64,000 nucleotides of DNA, taken from positions 12,152,001 through 12,216,000 of the forward strand of contig OZ249441.1 in assembly GCA_965235115.1 (NCBI GenBank), given 5' to 3'. Each line of letters opens with the position of its first letter. Positions within the stretch are counted from its first letter, which is position 1. The position numbers and the translations under genes are program-made. This document shows positions 52,501 through 64,000 of this stretch, piece by piece. Source of the stretch: Laetmonice hystrix (lineage: Eukaryota). The notes below the pieces were generated by a model. The model was not told the origin of the DNA. It worked only from the letters and a program-made list of their open reading frames with translations, and made no database searches.

Positions 52501-55107
52501 GATGAGCTTTTTCAGGTCTTCCTGAGAGATATTTTGCGCTAGATCTTTGACCTTGCTGCTGTCACCGTGAAGGCAAGCCTCATAGAAAGCTTTCTCCACC
52601 TCTTGCTTCTTGCTCTCACGACACTCTAAAAGAATTTTTAAATTAACATTACTATACTAGCCTTTTTCATGATGATTTTGTGTAAATCTCACCCAACATA
52701 TTTTAGGATTTGTAAAAATATACAGAAATGAGTCTGAACATCAAAGAAGAGATGCCGACATACCAATCTCCTTCATGATGAGGTGTATGCATTCTTGGCT
52801 GCGGTTTTTGACAGCCAGATCAAGGGCTCGCTCACCACTGGCGTCGGCCATGTCAATGGCTGCATCAGAATTAAGGAGAAGGGCAAGAAATGTGTGCTTG
52901 TCCTCAAGAGCAGCTGCATGCAAAGGGGTCTGTAGAAGATAAACATTGGCACAAATTTATAATATTGAATCATGTGGCACTGAAATTTAAGGAGTGTTTA
53001 AAAGAAACTGAAGATTATGTAGAGCACACTGAGAGCTTAAGTTACAGAGATCTGAAATTCCACTAAAAAAGGTAAAGAAAACGCAGCCTCCGAAAGTGCT
53101 GGCAGCAACCTTTCTTGAGAAAAAAAAATATAAGCATATTTTACTATTCAAAATGATTTTCAATAAAATCACTTAGAAAACATTTAGTTATTCAACAATT
53201 GATGTCTTCCTTTATATGAGAAACTTAGATAAATTCCTAAATTATCCCAAGGTTACAAATCATCTCATGACCAGCTTTTACAGTTTCTCCAAGCTGTCAG
53301 TAATTTACCCCTACTGATCACTAATGAGTAAACAAATCCACAAAGACCCTCTGGCTGGTAGCTCTGAGACAACGGTCTTACCACTTCACACAAATAATCT
53401 GATCACCTGAAGTTTATTTTTAGACAAGCACCTCACACATTTCAAGATCATAGTTCTAAATAAATCGAGCTTAATGACATTGTATTTATTAAAGTAATAC
53501 AAACTATTTTAAGAAACCAACAAGCCTGCAAAGGAAGGCATTTCAAAGGTAAATGTCAAAAGTGCTAATTCCTTGTAACCTTTACCAGTTTACGCCACGT
53601 CAAATACAGCTTACCTGGGGGTAAATCAGATGCCTGCAGTCACTTAGTCAGTAACCAAACAATATGATCAATAAACAGGTGCACAATCCTCACCATGCCT
53701 TCCTGCTGTCATCTGACCCAACAGATTCCCTGAACTGAATCACTTTTATACACACAGTCCTCTCCCAGGCTGACCCATTTAGAAACTGACTCTGTACTGC
53801 TGCCAGTGTAAGTCAAGCTTCATTTACCATTTCGGATTTCAACATGACATATGGAAATACTTTTTTTCCATAACTTTATTTCTGGCACTTCTTGTTCAAG
53901 TTTCTGGGGAAAAGTCTTTGAGACTGTCGAGTGAATGTCAATAACTCAAACACTTGGGGATAAAAAGAGACTGAGGACTGTTAAAAAACATTTCCAACAT
54001 AAAAATACATGTATGTACCATCTCTGATGCAAACATATTCATAAACACCTTCGACCAGGCCCTGATTGTGTATAGATTCCACCTCTTAGACCTAATACCT
54101 TCACTACACTAGAGATACTTTCCTTAAATTTTACAAAATTTTATGAGTGGAATTCAAACTTACCATACATCCACACTGGGGTCCACATGCAATATTTGGG
54201 TCAGCTGTAATGAGGTAAGAAATGGCCTTAAATTTGTTGGCAGGTATGCAAGTTCAATAACCTTGGCTTGAGGCAAGCTTACCAGTCCTAAAGCAATACA
54301 TATATATTGACAATTTGCCAAGGGAAGGTAACTGGCTGTACATTACTAATTTCAAAAGTTCAATAACTTAGCCTCGCGCTCAGCAGGCAAAAAGTGCTGC
54401 TAACATTACAGGCTTGTACACTGAAGCAGTCACTTTAATCTGGTTGGGTTGAAAGAGACATTTATCACAATTTTTTTATATGACATTTATTCAAAAATGC
54501 TAAAATCATAAAATCAATTAAAAGAAAAACAACATTTGTAATATCCTCTCAATCTTACCACAGAAATGTTCTGGCAATATAACCGGGGTATATTACACAC
54601 TGTGACACACGGGTTGCAATAAGTCTTATGATATTCAAAACAAGAGTATACTAACATCAACTGGCCACTTTTTAAGTAAAATGTTGTTGTAAACTCTGTT
54701 GCTCTGTTGTTACTTCTTTATCAAAAGAATAACATTCAAATGTACGATGCATCTACTTCAGACTGATGAACAGATACCACAGAAAACCAGAATTTTACCA
54801 AATGTTTCCTTGGCCCAGATGACCAAAATTCCAAAAAAAGCAAGGGCACGAGGAAGCTCAGACTGTTCATAAGATTCTTACCTCCGGCCTGTAGAAGCAT
54901 TCGAGCACACTCTAAGCTGTTGTTGGTAACGGCAGTATACAGAGCGGTCCGGCCAAAGGGATCTCTCTCATTGATACTCCTGGCCTCCTCACCCTCCAGG
55001 AGGTCAGCCAGGAAGTCAGTGTTGTTGTAGATGGCAGCTTGGTGAAGCATGCGACCAGGGAAGTCATCCTCACCCCCACTCTGGTTGTCTTCACCTTCTG
55101 CCGACAT
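34523..55107 (-). CDS. LRRK1: Leucine-rich repeat serine/threonine kinase 1-like Roco protein (ANK-LRR-ROC-COR-kinase-WD40-like), multi-exon
   Basis: Hand-spliced coding exons, 5'->3' on minus: 54882-55107, 54164-54204, 52764-52929, 52463-52625, 51966-52110, 49630-51704, 49231-49492, 48801-48983, 48482-48627, 48195-48312, 47712-47861, 47006-47393, 46010-46142, 44941-45035, 44700-44822, 44353-44549, 42934-44174, [42277-42418 OR 41874-42066], 39300-39413, 38940-39032, 38419-38670, 38069-38320, 37657-37800, 37224-37446, 36711-36826, 36500-36597, 36145-36387, 35757-35938, 35454-35576, 34523-34914. All phases are compatible; total 8226 or 8277 nt. Motifs: ankyrin GRTALY/TPLHAAA/SPLHIAC; LRRs (LxxLxLxxNxL); ROC P-loop GVQGIGKT, WDFGGQ, VGTHLD; COR YFLDPQWLC, YFPSGFWPRLITR; kinase GRGAFG, IAMK, YRDLKSEN, DYG, APE. 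N-terminal ankyrins without an armadillo region match LRRK1 or invertebrate LRRK architecture. Exact orthology needs a tree. Confidence 0.95.
36881..37215. repeat. 50-bp minisatellite, about 6.7 copies, in LRRK intron 24
   Basis: Unit ATAAGGATCAGGTATGGGACAACCATAAGATAAACCAAACAGAAAATACA starts at 36881, 36931, 36981, 37031, 37081, 37131 and 37182. Confidence 0.95.
41874..42066 (-). CDS. LRRK1: LRRK alternative exon 18b (mutually exclusive variant B)
   Basis: ttacttccag|G TTT GGG ... GAC TCG|gtatgc; 193 nt, phase 2 in, phase 0 out. Encodes (R)FGVSGAETVPGGVGERIYCYLVEQCLQAAQQNKVVFCPVHGNMGPYFIASQAGHVTSAHAAPDS. Confidence 0.8.
42277..42418 (-). CDS. LRRK1: LRRK alternative exon 18a (mutually exclusive variant A)
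   Basis: tttgcag|G GAC CAA ... GAT GTG|gtagg; 142 nt, phase 2 in, phase 0 out. Encodes (R)DQMFVFTVEQCVLAADLNRLSVLRCPRHGLHTSAHDVDPILQLAPDV. Confidence 0.85.
46343..46424. repeat. Perfect 25-bp inverted repeat (hairpin) preceded by a direct copy of 20 bp of its arm
   Basis: TTGCCATTTGTAGTCTAATAGTCAA (46371-46395), loop GTTA, TTGACTATTAGACTACAAATGGCAA (46400-46424). Extra TTGCCATTTGTAGTCTAATA at 46343-46362. Confidence 0.92.
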
Positions 55108-55792
55108 CTTAAGGCTTTGAGTTTGACCCTCTTAATATGCCACAAAAGCTCCTTGGAAAATACAAAAAAAACTTTACTGAAGACCAAAGGGGAGTCATTT
55201 TATCAGGTTTTTTTTAACCACAGAGCTATGTGCTCCCTTTATATGACATTTCTTTGTAAACTGATTTGGACTCATGGGGTTCAGGTCCTCTTCACAAAAG
55301 TCACTCATCCTTAGGTAGCGTGACATAATTAAGGTTTAATCGACTAAGTTCTCAAGCCAGTTTACAAGCTGTTCTGATTACAAGACTCTAATTGGGTACC
55401 GGGTACAAAGCAGTGTTTTAGTTAGGTAGCAAGCCAGGCAGCTTGGTTTGCCACAGCTGAAACCACAAGAACACAGCAGCTATTTAGCCAGCAAAAAAGG
55501 ACTGTGCTCATGTGCAGTAATGCTAACTCAACTTCAACTTCTGTGTGGTTCTAATGGGTGGGGCAAAGACCCACCAATGAGGGTTAAATCGAGGATCTCG
55601 TCCATTAGGCAATGCTTGCAGCCACCTAGTGGCACATCTGGTAACTATGACGATCCTATACTGTAGCATAGGAACTGATGTCTATAAATTATAGCAGATC
55701 GAACTTTACTTTAATTTTAAAGAGAATACCGGGATAGCACTACTGTTCATGAGTATGGTGAAAAACCTAGCATGGGCAGGAGCCTCAGAACA

Positions 55793-56121
55793 CAGGGCTC
55801 TCAAAAATAGCTGGTCAGCAGCGGCAAAACACCGTCTAAAACCAGTTTGGCCGCTGCCTACTTTTTGTTGAATGACAAAAAATCTTTTTAACAATGTTCT
55901 TTTTTCACATTCCTGCATATAGGATCCGCACACAGCCTCAGCATGTACCAAAACAACATGTCAGTGATGACCAATCGCCCCTCTCAGATGCCAGGAAATT
56001 GCATCTCAGGGGGGCATTTTTTCAATTTTTTTCTGGGGGAGGGCCCTCAGACCCCCCAAGGGCTGTACCCTGCTACTTTCTCTTCTGTACCCTGCTACTC
56101 CTGCCAACTTTGAGAGCCCTG
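55793..56121. mobile_element. hAT-like MITE, 329 bp, in the LRRK 5' intron
   Basis: 13-bp perfect TIR CAGGGCTCTCAAA / TTTGAGAGCCCTG, flanked by AGAACA on both sides (55787-55792 and 56122-56127). Confidence 0.7.
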
Positions 56122-56526
56122 AGAACATTGGATCCTAAAACTCTGCCATTACATGAGCCTCGCCCCCTGGATTTCTCAGCCTAATTTCTAACTCTGCCCA
56201 TGACCTTGACCTTGTTTGAGTTTTGATTCAGGAAGCTATCTCTGTGCATGGCCATGGGTGAAAGATTGAAGGAACTGAAAAGACGGAAAATTAAGTCTGG
56301 GCTGTGCTGGCAATGGAAAATATGGAGCAGAAATGACTTGCGAAGCTTCCTGAAAGACGGAAAACTTTCACGCATATGGCATGTCCTGTCAGCTGATCAC
56401 GATCATCGCTGAACGTTTAAATTATAGTTATGATGTTCAGCGATCTGGCTGTTGGCTGACCGATCGCTGAGTCAAGTTACATGTATGTCCATTATAAAGC
56501 TCCACTGAATATTTTACAGCGGTAGA

Positions 56527-56584
56527 GGGGGGGGGGGGTCCGATTTTGGTCAGAATGATGTTACGTAATTTATGGACGACCCCC
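56527..56584. mobile_element. Possible MITE terminal fragment
   Basis: A G-run followed by TTACGTAATTTATGGACGACCCC resembles a Harbinger-type MITE end (from memory). No partner TIR found. Confidence 0.25.
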
Positions 56585-57119
56585 GCATCTGTTTCTTGAA
56601 AGTACATCAATTAACAATTAACACTAGCACTAAGGTTAGTAGATATCTAGTACTTAGCAGTTCAGCACTGCAGCAGATTTACTTGGTGGAAATGGAATAA
56701 CAACAAATCATGGGTGCGTTTCACAACAATCGTAACCCTGTCGTGCGTAAAAATGCGTAAAAATCCCCATAGAAAATACATTGGTGTTTACGATATGACA
56801 AGCTAATGACAGGTTGTAAAACGCACCCCATGGCCCATAAGCCATATTCATTAATTACGGGAAAATGAGAACTCTCGTAATTTATAACAGAATTGCAGAG
56901 TGACGGTGAACCTCCCAAAGTGATGCTGACACTGACTATGCTGACATCACATTCATAGATCGACAGGGGCCAGACCCAGAGAGAACTAAAATAGGCCTAG
57001 TGCATGATCAAGAGACATGAGTTGATGAGATCATCTCGTGTTGTGAATGTGACTTGTGGAAGTTGTGCCAGTTGACTTGTGCCACTTCTCAATGCCAGTC
57101 ACAATATTGTCCTACCTAC

Positions 57120-57290
57120 CTTTGATTACATCCCTCACATCCTTCTGAAGTAAGGTTGATTTCTCTGTGACGGCTGCCTCGCTTTTATAATGGTATAACG
57201 ACGACTTCTTGCGAAAAATCATTTGACAGGTCTGTCAAAACGAAACATGAAAACACACATCGTCGCATTCAGCCCACCGGAAGTTCACTG
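57120..57290 (-). other. Probable non-coding 5' UTR first exon of the LRRK gene (upstream boundary approximate)
   Basis: Strong donor AAAG|gtaggt at 57120/57119. CpG-richer promoter-like sequence lies just upstream, including an ETS-like CCGGAAGT near 57277. A matching acceptor (ttttccaag|) opens the ATG-containing exon at 55151. Confidence 0.5.
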
Positions 57291-57332
57291 CAGGGAACTG
57301 TTTGTCTGAGATCGACCGACGAATATTTTGCA

Positions 57333-57381
57333 GCGCCCTCTAGAGTTTCATATAAAAAGTTCAGTTCCCGCCACCTAGCGG
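57333..57381. promoter_or_regulatory. Two CTCF-like motifs in the LRRK promoter region
   Basis: GCGCCCTCTAGAG (57333-57345) and CGCCACCTAGCGG (57369-57381) resemble the reverse complement of the CTCF core CCASYAGRKGGCR. Confidence 0.4.
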
Positions 57382-58533
57382 AGATTCAATTTAAGATTGC
57401 GTTACCCACAAGAAACGGGTCATAATCAATAACCCGTTTGGATTATCGAAGTTTCTTTCAGATTCAGGGAGGGATCATTACATTACTGGGCGGTAGTGAG
57501 GCTCAGTATCGGGGATACTGCTTTGAACAGAAGTTCCATTGCCCTTAGACTTGAGTGCCAACAAAATTCAACAATTCGTCAAGCTAATTGATCTCGGCCT
57601 AATTAACTTAACCGATTAAAAAAGAAAGGAAGAAAGAAAAAGAAAGGCAGAAAGTAAGGCATTATATTTTAAAGACTCTCCTGACAGAATAAATATATAG
57701 ATTTTTTTCCTCGAAGAAAAAAGTCCCCCTTGGTTAATTTATTACAAGTCTAAGATTTGAGAACAATGGGCAGACACAAATGTTACAATTGTCAATGTGA
57801 GCACCTTTTTAGCCTTACTCCTAAAGTCTCCTACGGGATTGTTATAATACCTACAAGATCGTTGAAATGTTGCATACAAAAATATATTATTTTCTGCAGA
57901 GATTTTTATTTCTCCAACTTTGCCATATCGGCAAAATTTTATATGAAAAAATTAAATACTAGTGGTTATCTGAAGTGGGGATGTTTGCCCCTGCTGAATC
58001 AATCCCCCAGTGCCTCAGAATGCTGCAATTGCAAATAAAGAAAAACTGTTGTAATTCCCAATAAAGAAAGAAAGGTTTTTTAATGTTTCCTTTTTATTAC
58101 AAAGTCAAAATGAACACATGATATCAGTTGTTACTCATCATATTATCCAGATTAGTTGGTCAGCTAGGGGGAACATTCTTAGAAATTTGTAAAGTCAAGA
58201 TAAGAAGAATGTCTCTACTAAATCAATAACTGCCTTTATTCGATTCTGTTTTACCATACCCTTTTTGCTGTAAGGAATACCCCTCTCCATTTCCCTGAAA
58301 GGACTCTATCATAATTGTAAGACATCCGTATCAAAAGGCATGAGACAATCACAATAGGTCTAATGTCTCGTATAGGAATTTTATACTACACATTGTTGTA
58401 TTAAACATCTATCACTAAACTAAATTTTGCAATGTTACCGTCAACAAAATATTGCAGACTTTTCAGAGGATTGTATTTATTCTTTTCTGAGATAAGCAGA
58501 TTGCTGCACTGTTTACATGCTGGATCAAGTCTA

Positions 58534-61500
58534 TCATGTATCTCGTTTTCTATCTCTATATCTGCCCCTGTCTCTATCCCTATCTCTCTCCTTGCTATAA
58601 TATTTGCTTCTATCCCTATCACCATCTTCTCTATCTCTCCTTCTGTCCTTATCCCGATCCTGTCCTTGTCTGTCTATACCTGGACTTCTACTTCTGTCAC
58701 GACGTGAGTCATTCGGGTGCTTGGCTGGTGGAGTGGAATGCCTAGAAATTTCCTGTAAGAACAAAATAATGACAATAAGTAGCTTTCAATCAAGTAAAAA
58801 GGATGATGCTGTACTTTAAATGAGAGTTTTATAACTGGAGGGTAGGCCTACAAGGGTACTACTATGGGTACCGTACTTTAGATAGTCATCATTGAATAAT
58901 GCTAGTCAAACTAAAGGTGACATTTTTGTGAAAGCAAAGTTTTACAACAGTGAACACCCATTAACCAGCGAAATCTACGTTCTGTGTAATGGATCAATAG
59001 CACAGCTGCAGCAACTGCTTTTTCTTTACTAAACACAACAAAGTTTGCAATGGTTTACATTCTATCTGCACAGTTTCTCATTTCATGCTGCTCTGTATAA
59101 ATATTCTCAAAATTGGGAGTAAGGCTTTTCGTAAATTATATGCCAGTTGAAGTACCGCTTTAGGATTTTATAATACTGATATTTTAGAGTTAGGGTCCAA
59201 GTATATAACAGACATAAGGTACAACATACCATCCTCTTGTGTTTACTCGGAGATTTGTCTGAATCTGAACTCTCATCATCTCTGTGGTGCTTGTGCTTCT
59301 TGTGCTTCTTTTTCTTCTTTTTGTGTTTCTTTTTGTTGTCTGTTCCCTTTGTCGTTTCATCATCATTGTCATCAGAAAAGACCAGGTTGTAACCACTTTT
59401 CTAATGTTAAGGAGTCGTAACTGACAAGATTTCATATAAAAAGCATTTTTAACCCATGGCCTTGTGTACCTCTTGATTCTATTACATTTTCTACTTGATT
59501 GCTGGTAGATACTTCAGTTTAACAGATAAAGTAAAAAGCTATCAAAGGTCATTCCCATTACTACTTGATAGTTAACTTGTGTTTTAATAGTACTTGGTAT
59601 GTAACTTGTCATTTTTAACATGTCATTCATTAAGGATACTCGTCACGCCTTGATTTGTCTTTAATGATATAAGATGGCCGATCTTCTTTTGTTTCAACAC
59701 CTTTTCCTGGAAGCAAATGAAACAGTAATGTCATTGGACGAAAGTCAACATAAATCAGACCTTTCACTATAGTTACATTTTAAGCTTGAGCAAATTGCAT
59801 ACCTTTTCCCTTCCACTTGTACTTGGACACAGATTGTGAGAAGTCAACATGGATACGGTGATCATCAATAATGACATTGTCCATCTTAAAGTAGGCATTT
59901 TCACATTCCTCCTCCTACAATACAAAAATTGTAACAATGTTTAAGTCTACAGAAATTTACATGTTGTATTACGGTAGTAAATATCAGCTACAAGCTTGGT
60001 TTGACACAGACATTCTGGACTAAAATTAGAGTGGAATCTGATCTCAATATGCAATAAAATTGCGCCAAATTATCAAAATGAATAACTACACTTTTACACT
60101 GGACTTGCAAAAGCCTTCATGGGATAACAGCTGCACTCAAAAAAATACTTACTGTGGTAAACTCTATAAAAGCATATTGTAGAGATTCTTCTGTCTTTTT
60201 GTCGCGGATAACTTCACAGCTTTAAACAGCAATATTAAAACAAGATTGAAGTGCATACACACACTGTGAACTGGAAGAGCAGATGTTTAAACACTCCCTT
60301 TTTATTATAAAATCGCCAATGACCTATCTCAGCTTTTAGTTTCTCATCTATAAACCCTGATATACCTAATATCTTTTGAAATGATTTAATCTATTATCTA
60401 GATGGTAGTTTTCTGCTTTAATGTATAAAAAAATGTAGGTTCCCATTATTTTCTTTTAATATTTTTGGATGATTTGCAATAACTTGCCCGCATGCAACAT
60501 GCAATTATATCAATGAATGTAATGTGTTGTTAAAATATACACATGTAAGTCACAAGCAAAATTCTATATATTACCTTTTGATTGTCCCAAAGCGAGAGAA
60601 GATAATTTCAAGATCAGAGTCAGTTGTGACAGGGTTTAACTTGCAGACAAAAAGCACAGTGTCTGGGGGCCTGACTTCTGCATCAGGCAAGTCTCCAACC
60701 TAAACAACAAACACCCTTTTTTTAATGTTCACAAGCATAATTAAAATCAACATTACAATTGAAAATATATGGATTTGCCCCTCAAAGAGATGTTACTAAT
60801 AATGTGTCATTTCTGCTGCTCAAAAATGTCAACTGCTACTATAATTTCTCAAGAAGAAAAAAATCAGATCCAACAAACACATGCAGGAGATGAAGACTCC
60901 AGTACTTTGAACAATGATTCTGAGAAGCAAGGGATCCTGTTGGGTCTGCAGGCTGCGAAAATGCAGGATTGCTGCTTTGGGACCAAACTTCTGCTTTTTG
61001 AATGTATTTTAAACAAACATACCAACGTCTAAAGAAATATAAGCCAGCAGACCAAAAGATGGGTCTGCCTAGTTAGAGTGTGCTATATAATAAAGTAACA
61101 TATGCATACCATTTCAAGAATCTGAGCATTTGCCTTGGCCTCTCGAGACTTGTGCATTTCTTCAATTTCATCCAAAGACTTTCCCTCTTTGTCATCAATG
61201 ACCTCATCCACACCAATCCTACCACTCTACAAAATGACCACAGTATAAACATAGATCTACATCTGGAGACCGTGGACAAACACAAATCAAATAACACCTG
61301 ATTGACAACTTCTCTAACCCAAGTAGTACCTTATTAAAGTGGAACCAAAGTTTTTGATAAGATCCATTTGTCATAATTTTTTAATATATTAACACAGACA
61401 AGAAACCTACGTTTGCGGCTGGTAAAACGTTTAAATTAATTTATATATTTTTCTAACATTTCAATATTCTATATCAGTTTCAGGATATTTAAGTCATGGA

Positions 61501-63577
61501 CACTACCTCAAGTTGTTCTTTAGTTGGTTCTGGAGAACGGTCTGGGATATGTTCTCCCAGTCCTTGGGGGTCATCATATGGATCATCTAGCACCACAGTG
61601 TGAAAAATTCTGCAACATATAAATATTTGTCAGTTTCATACCTAGCATGAAATTGTTTACTCTGAAGAGATCTACAAAAGAAAGTCCAACAAAAATATCT
61701 CCAAGAACTTCATATTCAGTTTTAGTGTTATCTGGCTTGTTCAAGGTAACATATAATTGTCCTTATGTTAAAATTTCCACTTTACTTCATTTCTTCAGTA
61801 CCCACCACTGTCTTATTTAGACCTCTATGGCACTTATAGATAGACTCATCTTTTAGGTCTCCTCACCTGATGTCTTGGAAGGGTCGGTTTTTCTCATCAG
61901 CTATGGCTTCATTGATCTTCTCCAAAACATCAAACCCCTCAGACACCTCCCCAAACACTGTGTGAACATTGTCCAAATAGTCCAGGTTGCTGCCCGTTGT
62001 GATAAAAAACTGGAAACCATCCGATAATTCAATTAGTTTACATTACTTGACCCCTTGCTCCTCCCACTGCAAACATTCACATTATGAAGCCATGTTGATA
62101 GTTTCATGAAAACAATCAAATTTGGTCGAGGGCTGAGGGAGGGGTAGCTACCTACATGTATCTGGTAATTATAGTATTTCTGAGCTTCTATCATCAGGGA
62201 GAGGTATGTCAATTGTCATAATAATTGCATTATATTTAATTCATCTAGTTCATCTACATAAACATACCTGTGATCCATGAAGGTTGCTGCCATTGTTAAC
62301 CATTGATAATGTACCAAATTTTGTATGTTTGATACGTGGTTTTAGTTCCTGTTCAAAAAATGCAGCTTGATCTCCATATAATTTCCTGAAAGATAATAAC
62401 CAACACAGACTGCAGCAATTTCATTTATGTTGGCTCCATTTTCATTAAATTAACACCCAAAAAAATGAATTTGGGGTGTTCAATTCATATATATATCTAG
62501 TTCTGCTAAAATCTTCAACATTCTAGTTGTTATTTTACTACCCAAGTCTTTTCAGTCAATGACTGCATTCGCAGCATAAAATCAAACCTACGCAAACATT
62601 GATTCTCCTCCTTTACCCGTGCCTGTTGGATCCCCAGTTTGTGCCACTAAATTCCGCTGCAAAAGTATCAAAGGATTGTAAATAATTATGTTTTGAAATG
62701 TTCAAAGAAGTTCCATACAGTCAAAGATGACACTCATGACAGTGATAGTACAAATGTACACTGAGTCTGTAACAAAACTAGTAACATTAAGCACTTGCTC
62801 ACCTGAACTGAGTGAAAAAGGCAGAAGTTGTAATACTTTATCTTGCATAATTTCAGGAAGTTCAGGCAACCTAGAAATAAATGAAATAAATTGTATAAAT
62901 ACAGTCCCTTAATCATAAATAGGTTGGACAGGCCAAAGCACAAAAAACAAGTAAATTAATTGTACTATTGTAGGCTTCTAAAAGATATGTGACGATGGCC
63001 CGAAGACTTTTAAGATTTCTTGGTAAAGAATCTTACAATGTAGTGGCATAGGAAGCTAGGGGCACGGGCCCCCTCAATATTTATACTTGAAGGGGGGGGG
63101 GGACATAAATTAGGATGTTCTGCTTTTCATAAAAGATTTGGACTAACTCACACCCAGTGAAAGTCAAACCCCAATCACCACTCCCCCTGGAGCCTAGGCC
63201 TAAAATATATAATAAATATGATCACAAATGAATAGAATCTAGGGGGGGGGGGGGGGCTAGCGCCCCCTTACTTAGCTACCCCCCCCCCCCGACCACTCAG
63301 AAAATTCTGCCCCCCTCCATATCCTTTTCCTTCCAAAATCTACACCTCTCCAATGTGAGATGGAACCATTTGGGACAATAAATGGGACCATTTTGAAATT
63401 TCTACCACCTGTTTAGCTACCCCAGGTGAATTGGTCGACTTTCACTTGTTTTGTTTCGAGTTGTATGTCTTTGGGCGATAATAGGGGTACTTTTCTATTC
63501 TACATACATCGAGGGCGCTCATCAGTGTAAAGATCCACCGTCAAATCCCCAAGCGATGTCTCCAAAATAACGGCCAT
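58534..63577 (-). CDS. PPIL4: Peptidyl-prolyl cis-trans isomerase-like 4 (cyclophilin + RRM + Lys/His-rich and RD/RS-rich tail), 479 aa
   Basis: Exons on minus: 63508-63577, 62803-62870, 62592-62656, 62268-62385, 61867-62009, 61507-61609, 61110-61226, 60575-60699, 60153-60219, 59803-59914, 59640-59706, 59230-59395, 58534-58752; 1440 nt, in frame. The translation ([40 protein letters not shown]...[15 protein letters not shown]...[38 protein letters not shown]...[23 protein letters not shown]) closely matches the PPIL4/Cyp59 family as I recall it. Confidence 0.96.
59396..59639 (-). other. U12-type (minor spliceosome) GT-AG intron in PPIL4
   Basis: 5' splice site GTATCCTT (59639-59632). Branch point TCCTTAAC (59413-59406) lies 10 nt before the 3' AG at 59397-59396, with no polypyrimidine tract. 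Only this junction keeps the frame (RRD-D-GYNLVF). Confidence 0.85.
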
Positions 63578-63701
63578 ACTACTAGACTGTTGAAACGTCA
63601 ATACATTTTCCGCGATCACAGATGTATTCGTTCTGCCGCACTACTCAGATAATACCTGGCGCGACTTTTTCATGCGTTCACTAAACTAAAGCGCGGGTAA
63701 C

Positions 63702-63754
63702 CCACTAGACGGCGCCAAATTCGAAGGCAACAGAGCGTGAATAGGTGGCAGCAC
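63702..63754. promoter_or_regulatory. CTCF-like motifs upstream of PPIL4
   Basis: CCACTAGACGGCGC (63702-63715) and TAGGTGGCAGCAC (63742-63754), 125-180 bp upstream of the ATG. Confidence 0.4.
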
Positions 63755-64000
63755 TGTCACATTTCGAGTGTAGCGCCGGAGGCGGCAATGAGGGATACAG
63801 GATTTGGGGGGGAAGGGGTGGGGGTATTTTGCACACAAACATGTTTCCGTTCTGTGGAATGTGTTAGCTTCAGACCTGGGGGGGGGGGGGGGGGGGGGGG
63901 GCTCGCGATTATCTCTTATTTCATTTTATTTTATTTCTGTAGATACATGTACCTGTATCTACAAGATTACCGGGTACTGATTTATGTAGTCTAAGCCTTA

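Noticed and set aside
56405-56444. 10-bp inverted repeat ATCGCTGAAC / GTTCAGCGAT
   Set aside because: Short stem with a long loop; too weak to call a structured RNA.
59190-59435. ORF-track frame MKSCQLRLL... as a PPIL4 exon
   Set aside because: Wrong frame. The real exon (59230-59395) reads GYNLVFSDD...KKKHKKKK after the U12 intron.
63876-63901. Long G/C homopolymer runs here and at about 15 other sites (possible G-quadruplexes)
   Set aside because: Scattered, often tied to MITE remnants, and their lengths are unreliable in assemblies; no specific role can be supported.

Overview
Eukaryotic, intron-rich genomic DNA, apparently from an invertebrate animal (taxon is inference only). There are no operons, CRISPR arrays, rRNA or recognisable tRNA. 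Three protein-coding genes lie head-to-tail on the minus strand. (1) PPIL4 (cyclophilin + RRM + RS-like tail): 13 coding exons, 58534-63577, 479 aa, with one U12-type minor intron. (2) An LRRK1-like Roco kinase (ankyrin-LRR-ROC-COR-kinase-WD40-like): 30 coding exon positions, 34523-55107, 2741 or 2758 aa. It has a GC-AG intron and a tandem pair of homologous, mutually exclusive exons at the COR-B/kinase junction, which is the most interesting feature in the window. (3) The first coding exon of a SAMD5-like SAM-domain gene (29170-29808), with tandem NF-kB-like sites upstream. Positions 1-29169 are probably intronic to this gene and contain MITEs, minisatellites and weak candidate alternative first exons. 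All exon models were built by hand from splice signals and reading-frame continuity; no database search was run. Most ORFs in the supplied track are spurious or are intron-extended exon fragments.
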